NCBI GenBank assembly: GCA_964016885.1
Contig: OZ024740.1
Location: 246,202,001 to 246,266,000, forward strand
DNA: 64,000 nucleotides
Direction: 5' to 3'
Source of the DNA: Eledone cirrhosa
Lineage: Eukaryota
The notes below the pieces were generated by a model. That model had not been told where the DNA came from. It saw only the letters and a list, made by a program, of their open reading frames with translations, and made no database searches. Every line of letters starts with the position of its first letter. Positions within the stretch are counted from its first letter, which is position 1. Shown piece after piece: positions 54,088 through 64,000 of this stretch. Both the position numbers and the translations under genes were made by a program.

Positions 54088-56070
54088 GACTTTCTACACC
54101 ATCTTGACACCTCCTGCATCTATTGCCACAGTCACAACTGCCATATTTCCTCTGCTCCCCCTTATCTCTATCTCCCCACTGTGATCATTCATCCCACCTA
54201 ATTGACACCCTCTTGGTGTTTCATGCCCTCCCATTTCTAATCTTTCTCTATTTTTCTTTTCTTCTTTTCTTCTTTCTTCCCCATTGTTTTTTTTTTCTTG
54301 TAATAGTCCTTTCCCTTCAGATTTGTCTAACCTTCCCTTATCATAACTACTACCACCACCACAACCACCATCGCTACCATTGATTCCTCTCAATCCAATT
54401 TGTTATCTGAGCTGTTTGTTGATTTCAGTTTGCTTACATTGTTAACAAAAAAACAGCCAACTAAATTAAGCTAGCTGTCCACCTAGCTAATAAAACCTGG
54501 CTAGCTGTCCACCTAGCTAATAAGACCAAACTGTCCACCTAGCTTATAAGACTAAACTGGCTACCTAGCTTGTTAACTAGATAATTAAGATCTAGTTGGC
54601 TACCTAATTAATTAAACCTGGCTATCCCCAGCTAATTAGCCCTGGTTTATTAGTACTTAATACTCGCTGTGAGTTTACTCTCTTACACCCTGCAACTCTA
54701 TATATCATTGTCTTTACCACTACCATCACAAGTCATCCAAAATGTTTATTTCTGTTGCTGTTCCTTCTCCCAGCCATATATCATCTCTCTCCACTTTTCA
54801 AACTCTTACACATCCACTACCACCTACTCAAAAGTGTTCAGCCAATCTCAGATAAGACTTAAAAGCTTTGTATTAAATGAAGATATTTGATTGGTCCATT
54901 CATTCCCCACACATCCCATTTCTCTGGGATGTTTCATTTGAAAAATAACCTATTATCTTCCTTGATCTTTTTTTGTGGGGTGGGTGGGGGTGGGGGGTAG
55001 ATGTATGTGTGTATCTGGGTGGGTTTACCTGGGTACATCGGTAGACTATCTGCCTGGAGTTAGCTAGATATTGGGTGTTCGATGGAAGTATGTTTATCTA
55101 TGCAAGTTATTGTGGAGATGAGTGGGTTGGTGTATATATGTAAGTATGAGTGTATATATGTGATGCATTTATGTATATGTGTACATATGCATGTGATGGA
55201 TCAAGTTTGTTAGTATGAAAGTATTATCACAATCCTGTTTTACTAACTTTAACTTACTTAGCTGTGTTAAGTCACATGACATTTGCTGTGTTAATTATCA
55301 CAATATTTCCTGTGTAAGTTACACAGTATTTGCTGTTTGTGTGTGTGTGTGTGTGAGGTGATAGTGATTGAATGAAGTCTGTTTGTTTTTTGTGTATGGT
55401 GGTAGTCATAGGTATTTTTGATAGAAAAGTGAGCTTATTTATGTTTGGTGGTGTCGATGGCAGTAGTAAGATAATTACATGTGATTGTGTGGAGTTACAA
55501 TGATAGGAACAGTGGCAGTAGGGAGGCATGGTCAGGTTGTTATATTTCTGGGTAGTGGTGGTTTGTTTATCTAATATATTACTGGTACATTATTTCTTCC
55601 AAGGCATGGATTGCAATGGGATTGCAGCAGAGTAAATAATTCAGTCCTTAACCAGCTGAATTTTGGACAGAAAAAAAATGTGGAGGGTGGAGGAGAATGA
55701 AAGATCTTACTCAAGTACGAAAAATAAATAAATATATATATATATATATATATATTATAAATATTTATGTGTATGTGTGGCACAACCCATGTGAAGTTAA
55801 AGGCATTTGAGCTTAATATGATTTCATAATATCCATCCTCCCAACCTCCTGAATGCACCCTTGGGCAAGGCACATAATATTATTTTCATGGGTGTGTGGC
55901 CTAATTGGGCATAAACAAACTATTCCATCCCTACTGTACTGCAAGGTCCAGTCCAGTGGTTAGCAGTAGGAAAGGAGTAAAATATACCACTGTGTGAAAA
56001 AAAAAAACAACAAAAACAATAACCCTAACTGTTTGAATGAAAAAAAAATTAATCACTAAGTAATTAAATT

Positions 56071-56206
56071 AATAAAGAGACAATTCAGCTATTATAACAT
56101 GGAACAGTTGGATGTAAAAAATTAATAAAAAAAGCAAACAAAACACACCACCAACAAAATATGTATGTATATATATGTGTGTGTGTGTGTATACTTATAT
56201 GTATAC

Positions 56207-56255
<49 letters not shown>

Positions 56256-56346
56256 CATACACAAGCACACAAAGACACAAAACAACAAAAGCTGTAATGT
56301 AAAGAAAAGACTATGTACATAAGAGTTATTCTAACTGGAAATTAAA
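56071..56346 (+). promoter_or_regulatory. Candidate PI4KB polyadenylation signals
   Basis: AATAAA near 56071 and 56124; ATTAAA at 56341 followed by a T-rich tract; the site actually used cannot be determined. Confidence 0.3.
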
Positions 56347-57974
56347 TTGTAAATTGTAAATGTATTTTTTTTATATTTCTCTTTCACTCACTATCTCTTA
56401 CTTTCTTTATCATTTGCCTCTTTCTCATTACTACTTTTATTTTCTTCTCCCTTCATTAACTAAAAGTTTAACTAAAATACTTTTAAATATCTCTCTTAGT
56501 TTGTATTTTTGTTACAAAAAAAGAATATCTTTTTACTTCTAATTTCTTTTATGTGCACAGCCAACTGGCCCAACCTCCCTCATAGTGGGACCATCCAAAT
56601 CTCAAATTATGGTTTCAATGAAAGCAGGGTATGGCATGGCCAACTGGCCAGACCCTCCTCCTAACAGCACCACCCAGAGTTCCACTGAGTCAGGCTTGAT
56701 GCAGCCAACTGGCCCGATCTCACTCATAATAGGACCAGCCGGATTCCAAAACACAGCAACAGTCCCGATATTGTGCAAGGTACGGCATAGCCATCTGGCC
56801 AGATTTGGCTCATAACAGGATCACCCAGTAACATGGCTCCACTAAGTGTAAGGCTTGGTGTGGCCAACTGGTCAGACATTCCTCATAGTGGGACCACCCG
56901 GCTCCCAAACTATGGTTCTGATGTGAGCAGGATATGATGCAGCCAACTGGCCTGTCTCTCCCCATAACGGTGCCATCCAGTTCCACACTGTAAACATAGT
57001 TGGTGTTAGGAAGGGCATCCAGCTGTAAAAATCTTAGCCAAATTACAGTTCTGTCTGAGCAAGGTACAGTGCAGCTAATTGGCCAGACTTGTCACATGAC
57101 ATGCATGACCCATCTAACCCATGCAAGCATGGAAAATGGACGTTAAACATTGATGATGGTGATGATGTGCCATGGTTTTTGTGAAGCCCTCAAATGAGCC
57201 TTGATTCAGCAGACCTGCTCCAGGTGTTCTACTAGATATATTTTATATCATAAAATGATGATATATATATATATATATATATATATCATTATCATCATCA
57301 CTGTTTTGTGGCCACTTTCCATGCTGGCATGGGTTTAACAGGTTGTCAGTTTCTGAGACTGGACCATGTTCTGTTCATATTTTCGAATTTAGCATGCTTT
57401 ATACAACTGGATATCATTCTTCATACTAACCACTTTATAGTGTGGACTGGGTGCTTTTCATCATGACACAGACATTACCACTTTACATTATAATAGCATA
57501 TATAAAATGTCAACAAGAAAAAATGACATTGAGAAAAATACAGTACAGTGGTAATATATTAATTTATCACTTGATATAGTGGGAAAAGAGTCTTAACATT
57601 TTGGATGCTAGCCCTTCATTAGAATATAGAATGAGAGAAAGAAGATAAATGAGAATAAGGTAAAAAAAAGAAAAAAACAGGAAAAGGTAGTTTGGAGAAA
57701 AAGCACGTTGTTAGGCATCTATGTTGAAGGCTCACAAGAAAGCTTTTCCTATCTAGGTAATCTCATTTGCTGTAAATATGGATGTACTGAACTGAAAGTA
57801 TTGTAGGCAGCATGTATGCTCTGCTGGATGAATAATGTTAGTGTACAGGAATGAGCACAAGTGAACTGAGAGAAAAGCTGAATATAAGATTCGAATGTAA
57901 TGTGCAAGAGAGACAATTGCATTGATGTGTAAGGAGAGCATGTGTTGTGTAAAAAAAAGTGCAATGCATTTTAC

Positions 57975-59950
57975 TCGGTCCCTAATCAGCTGTACTATAA
58001 CTCCATTACTTTCATGACCTGGTCCATGAGCTTTATACCTCTACAGTTTCCTCTATCTAGTGCATCTCCTTAACCCTTATAGCAGTTGACAATGATGCTG
58101 CTGCACCAATCCTTTGGTATGACACCTTCTAGTATTACCTAGTTAACAATACATGTGGTTATGGTGTGACCTACCGACCCAGATGTTTTCAGCATCTTGG
58201 CAGCTATACCCGATGGACTGGTTGCCTTACCAGTCTTCATATCTTTAATTGCCTTACTACACTGCTGCTGACTTGTATTGCTGAGCCCTCTATAGGGTCC
58301 ACTTGGGGTAGGGTCTCTTTCATAATGGCTCTTCCACGCATCTTTCTTCTCAGCATCTGTGAGGGCAAGTGCACTTTTATCATCCTGGATGCACTTCTCA
58401 CCGATGACATCGCAATTTTCTCTAATGCACTGCCTCACAATCCTGAATATCTCCTGTTTCTGGTCCTCACACTGCAAAACATGCTTGAATTTCCTATCCT
58501 CTACTTCCCTTCTAGATAAGTATACTTGTCGCCTAGATTCCCTTCTGGTCTCTATGTAATGTACCCTGTTCTTCCACTGTTTCCATGCCTGTTTCTTGGC
58601 CTTAATTGCCTCATCTACCTTATTGTTCCACCACCAAGTCACTCTTCTTCTCCCTGTGGTCTTGCTTCAACCACAAATCTTGTCTGTCACCTTCAGTAAG
58701 TTATTTTTTTGGAACACCCAGTGCTCTTCTATATTGAATGTCTATCTGTTCTTCTTTACTGTCATAGGCGTTGAGTAAGATATCTTTAAATCTGTTACTG
58801 GCTTGAGGGGTCTTTGAGCTTCCCGATCTTTCTTCTCCAGGTTGCCTTCTGTTTCCAAGTTAATCTAGTTCTGACAGTGAGGTCGCTGACAACTAAGTTA
58901 TGTTGGGAGGTACATTCCTCACCAGGGAAGGCTTTTGTGTTTACGACCGTCCATCTATCCCGTCCTCTGATGAGGATATAATCTATCTGACTAGAATGCT
59001 CTCCTGATCTATAGGTAATCAGATGGTTGTCGGGATTTTTGAAGTTTGTGATACATATCGACATGTCATTGGCGTCGCAGAATTCTAGAAGCCTGAAGTT
59101 TTCTTCATTTCTTGTAGCCCCCATGAACTCTATAGAAACCGCCACAGTGTTTCCAAATGTGTCCGTTAGCAATGATTAGGAAGTTATTGTCATTTGTTAG
59201 GGCAGTGGTGTTCATTAAGGATCCGTAAAAATCTATCCTTAAGTTCGTCTGGCAACCCAGATTGGGGTGCATATGCTGATATAATTGTAGCAATTGTTTT
59301 ATTCAGGACTAGTCTGAATTTAATGATTCTTGCGTTCACCCTGTTCACAGAGATGACCTTATTTACCCATTTGTCAGCTAATAGTATACCTACACCACCC
59401 AACCTGTTATCATTTTCCACCCAGAAAATTTTGTAGCACTGATGTTTGCTTACAAGGACTCTAGCGGACTCTCCTCTCCATCTAGTCTCTTGCACACAGC
59501 ATACATCTATTTCCTTTCGCTCTAACATCTCTACGATTTCTGCTGCTCTTCCTTTCATTGTGTTTATGTCGATGGTGCCAACTCGGGCATTTGCAGTCAC
59601 TTGTGGGAAAGGGTGAATTTTTGCGGGGGAGTGTGTATGCTTTCTGTCTCTGAATTAAAGCTTCGCATGGACGCTTGGTAACTCGTGGGGACATATTCAT
59701 TTACTTATTTGGGTTTGTTCCATTATCCTCAGCTCATCCATAGATAACGATAAACAAGAATTTCTTTGGGGCAGGGATAGGAAGGACGGTAGTAATAATG
59801 ACAGAATTTGTTGGCGCGGGTAATGGGTGAGAATATGTTGCTGTGGTTTGATTGGTCGAAAAGCCTATGGTGGTGAGTGGGGGTGGGCAAGAGGGAAATT
59901 GTGAGATAGGTAGCTGAAGATTCGGGGGAAATAAGCAGATACAAGTAGGC
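57975..59950 (-). mobile_element. Degenerate RTE LINE (APE and N-terminal RT part)
   Basis: RVGTIDINTMKGR..VCCVQETRW..AYAPQ..IDYILIR..WWWN..NCYKG; 5' boundary approximate. Confidence 0.85.
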
Positions 59951-60566
59951 ATATTTGATAAGGCGAATGTGCTAGAATTTCGAGGATGGTCGCTGACTAA
60001 CTGTTAGATTGATTGGGATGAGTTCGTAGGGAGTTGGAGAAAGAGAGGGTGAGAACGTCCAGCGTGGTTTATTTTTAAAAAAAGTCGAAATATACGTTGA
60101 AGAAATTAATTGAAATTCAGAACTCATCTCTTTGTGCAGGCAATGCATGTACAGTTCCTTGCAATAAATCAAACCCATAGATTTTTCAAGCAGGAATTGT
60201 TCTTCTGTGAATTTTAGGGAAAAGGTTTCAATTATTAATACTTTTGCCAATAGTACTAAAATGACACTGGTTTAACCAAAAAAGAGATTTATTGGGTACA
60301 TTGTATTAACTTTTGATTACCAGGCAAACAAATTTTTTTAAAAACTCAGACATTAAGTTAACAAATCTAAAAAAGTACATTTTTTGGTTCTATTTTTCTA
60401 AATTTTCACAAAACAAACACGAGGTATGGCAGTGAACATTAATTAGGTAACGGGTTGACTGTCTTTAGACTTTTACCAGTATTTTACTGTAGTACTTAAT
60501 TCTTAATGGCTCTCTCCACCTATTTGTTTAGCCCTGCATCTGCCATTTGATCAAGTACATTATATA

Positions 60567-60920
60567 CAATATATTAATAAATGGAAACTATATTTATAAA
60601 ACCATAATTATTTTATTATATATATTTTTCAATGGCAACCAAGGCAGTCTTGGTGCGCTTTCATCAAATAAAATACAAAATTTGTTTTATAAATAGTGAC
60701 ATAGCCATGGAAAACAACCTTGACAGTTGAAAATTCGCTGACTATCCAGCGAATTTTCAACTGTCAAGGTTGTTTTCCATGGCTATGTCACTATTTATAA
60801 AACAAATTTTGTATTTTATTTGATGAAAGCGCACCAAGACTGCCTTGGTTGCCATTGAAAAATATATATAATAAAATAATTATGGTTTTATAAATATAGT
60901 TTCCATTTATTAATATATTG
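60567..60920. repeat. Perfect palindrome, 174-bp arms, 6-nt spacer ACTATC
   Basis: 60567-60740 reads as the exact reverse complement of 60747-60920 by eye. Confidence 0.95.
60812..60878 (+). ncRNA. Hammerhead-like fold (C3>U variant) in the palindrome arm; mirror copy at 60609-60675 (-)
   Basis: Stem I TATTTTAT/ATAAAATA; TTGATGA; stem II with ACCAAG/CTTGGT; GAAA; AATATATA; TA site. Confidence 0.6.
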
Positions 60921-61129
60921 AATATTTACTCCAGTAATCTGTTGAGTTATATCCCAATAGATTATATATATATTTATCTAACTGTCTTGTCGGACTGAGG
61001 TTGATCTGTAATGTAACTTTTTACAATATTCTCATTCGTTTCTCTCCTTGTTTTTAGTCAATTTGATCATTTTTTTTCATATAGATTGTTCTAGAATCTA
61101 ACTTTTCTCTCTCGGAATTTCGTTTTGTC

Positions 61130-63760
61130 CATGGACATTATGGGTTTGGTACTAGAAATGAGGAAGGCTTCAGGATCCTGGAATTCTGTGATGTTAATAA
61201 CCTAACTATCTGTATCACAAACTTCAAAAAACAAGACAATCACTTGATCACCTATAGATCAAGGGAGCACACCAGCCAGATAGATTTTATCCTTACTAGA
61301 AGATGAGACAGTGTCTGTTGTAACACTAAATCCCGCCCTCGTGAAGAATGCACCTCCCAACATAGCCTCATAGTCAGGACTAGACGTAGTTGACGACAGA
61401 GGAATACCTTGAGGAGAAGAATATAGAAGTTGAAGGACCCCACAGCCAGTAACAAATTTAAAAGCATATTACTTGATGCTTTTGACAGTAAGGATGCAAT
61501 TAGAGATGTACAATATAGAGAAGCAGCTGGAATTCCTGAAAGTTAATCTGCTGAAGGTGACAAATGAAATCTGTGGCTGGAGCAGACCTTTAGGCAGGAG
61601 GAGAGTAACTTGGTGGTGGAGGAGTCCATCAAGGGCAAAAAGCAAGCTTGGGAAGAATGGTGGGATGGGGGAAGTAGAGAACACTATCAGGTGGCTAGAA
61701 GAGAAGCTAGGCGACAAGTGTACTTGGCAAGCAGAGGATAGAAAATTCAAGCATGTTCTACAATGCGAGGACCAAAAATATGAGGTCTTCAGGATTGTAA
61801 GACAATATGTCAAGGAAAATTGTGACATTGTTGGAGAAGTGTGTCCGTAATGATGATGGTGTACTTGCCTTTACTGATAAGCAGGTAGCTTGGAAGTGTC
61901 ACTATGAGAGACTACTAAATGAGGAGAATAAATGGGGAAAAGATAGTCTGCCCCAAATCGATCCAATAGAGGGACCAGCGGTGCAAGTTAATGGTAGTAT
62001 AGTAAGTAGAGCAATCAAAGATATGAAGACAGACAAGGCAGCTGGGCCTTCGGAGATAGTTGCTGAGATGTTGAAAGCATCTGGAATGGTGGGACATACT
62101 ATGGTCAGCCAGATAGTAAACCAAGTAATACAGAATGAGGTCATACCAAATGACTGGCGTAGCAGCAGCATCGTTAACTGTTACAAGGGCAAAAGAGACG
62201 CTCTAGATAGAGAAAACTATAGAGGCATTAAGTTAGTTGACCAGGTCATGAAGGCCACGCAAAGAGTTATTGCACAACTGATTAGAGATCGAATTAAACT
62301 TGATGAAATGCAGTTTGGATTTGTGCCAGGTAAAAGTACCACATATGCTCTCTTCCTTGTACAGCAACTAGCTAAAAGTAAACCCTTCTACTTAGCTTTT
62401 GTTGACTTGGAGAAAGCCTTTGACAGAGTCCCCAGCTCCATTATCTGGTGGGCTCTTAGGAAACTAGGAGTAGATGAGTGGCTTGTGAGAGCTATACAAG
62501 CCATGTATAGCAGAGGAACAGTGAGGAAGGTTAGAATTAACAATGAATATGGTGAAGAATTTAGTGTAATAGTAGGGGTTCATCAAGGTTCCGTCCTTAG
62601 CCCCTTCCTGTTTATTATTGCCCTTCAGGCTATAACAGGAGTTTAAGACGGGCTGCCCATGGGAGCTTCTATACGCAGATGATCTAACTCTCATAGCTGA
62701 ATCCATGGCTGAACTAGAGAGGAAGTTCTGAACATGGAAGCATGGCTTTGAATCAAAAGGCCTTAAAGTTAACTTGTCTAAGACTAAAGTTCTAGTATGT
62801 AGAAAGGAAAATAGGACACAGGTGCCCTCTGGGAAATGGCCATGCTCAGTGTGTCAGAAAGGAGTAGGTAGAAATTCCATTCTATATCCCAAATGCAAGC
62901 TATGGGTACATAAAAGATATAGTAGCTTCACAGGTAAGCTATCAAGCAACATAGGTTATATATGTGGCTGATGTTCAGGTGCAGTAAGTGACAAGTGCCC
63001 ACAGGATACTATCTCCTTCAACTGCCCAGATGGTTCTATAGAAATAGTGGACAATTTCCATTACCTGGGTGACAAAATCAGCAGTGGAGGAGGGTGCTCT
63101 GAAAGTACAGTAGCCAGAGTTACAACAGGATGGAAAAGGTTCAGAGAGTTAATGCCGCTGTTGACCACAACAGGTTTCTCTCTAAAAATGAAAAGCAGAT
63201 TGTATGATGCTTGTATACGAACAGCAATGTGACATGGCAGTGAGACATGGGCATTGTGTGCAGAGGACCTGGACAGATTGGAAAGGAACGAAGCATGCAT
63301 GCTCTGATGGATGTGTAATAGCAATATACACAAACGGCAAAATGTAAACGAACTAAGTGAGAAATTAGGAATAAGAGGGATCAGATGTTGGTGGACGACA
63401 GCTGTATAAAAAAGTGCAGGTCGATGAAAATTAGAACAAGGTGATAAAAACTGACCTTGCTCACTTACACGTCTAAGACAATGTCACTGGATCGAGATCT
63501 TTGGCGCTATGCAGTTATATAGAAGACCCGCCTTCTCTTACATACAAACTTAAACCTAGTCAGTAGGCACCTCTTAACCCAATATGCACCCCACCCACAC
63601 ATCCACTGCATCCTCCCACACCACCCTTTCTCTGTAAAGTTATGTTGGTACCACAGATCATCCAGCCCACACAAAAGTAGTTGTGTAGGTGTTACGGCAA
63701 AAACACCCAGTCCACACTGTAGAGTGGTCATGTAGGAGACAGTAAAAAGATTCCCAGTCG
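61130..63760 (+). mobile_element. Degenerate RTE LINE (partial APE + RT)
   Basis: ORF 61807-62646 NYRGIKL..FVDLEKAFDRVP..GVHQGSVLSP; WELLYADD; PHD-like module; partial family 3' UTR. Confidence 0.88.
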
Positions 63761-64000
63761 ACATTGTCAATACAATACATGCTTAAGTATAATACGTAGA
63801 ATTTTGTCGAAATCCGAATATTCCCGACAAGGAAGCAGCCAAAATCCGAATGGTAAGTAGATAAGTTAATCCCATCTGGCAATAGCTGTACACTGAAGTC
63901 AGTGCCGCTGTTCATTATTACATCTGGAAGTGCTCAACATTATTGGAGCATTATTTATTTAGATTTGTTGGTTCACCACTGGATAAAATTGAGAAGGGAG

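Noticed and set aside
54470-54640. Short GCTAGCTGTCCACCTAGCTAATAA repeats in the presumed 3' UTR
   Set aside because: A few degenerate local tandem copies with no evidence of function.

Overview
AT-rich, microsatellite- and retroelement-dense animal genomic DNA. The repeat content suggests a cephalopod (octopus-like) genome; this is inference. The only host gene I can support is the 3' part of a phosphatidylinositol 4-kinase beta (PI4KB) on the + strand: 10 GT-AG coding exons from 28484 to the stop at 54087, phases all consistent, N-terminal exons not found in the window. The rest is mostly mobile DNA: several RTE-clade LINEs, a CR1-type LINE, a Penelope-like relic, CRE-like endonuclease tails, tRNA-type SINEs with TSDs, Tc1 and piggyBac derivatives, and a 31-bp minisatellite. 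Three observations stand out. (1) Four unrelated loci carry minimal type I hammerhead ribozyme folds (4861, 26607, 50177, 60812 plus its mirror copy), each next to or inside a perfect palindrome or a direct repeat. This suggests short non-coding hammerhead retroelements of the Penelope/retrozyme type. (2) A young RTE is inserted antisense into a related near-full-length RTE and is 5'-truncated about 40 nt from the homologous position. This creates a hairpin with arms over 1.3 kb in the intron that splits the kinase DRH motif. (3) These RTEs carry a PHD finger embedded in the reverse transcriptase.
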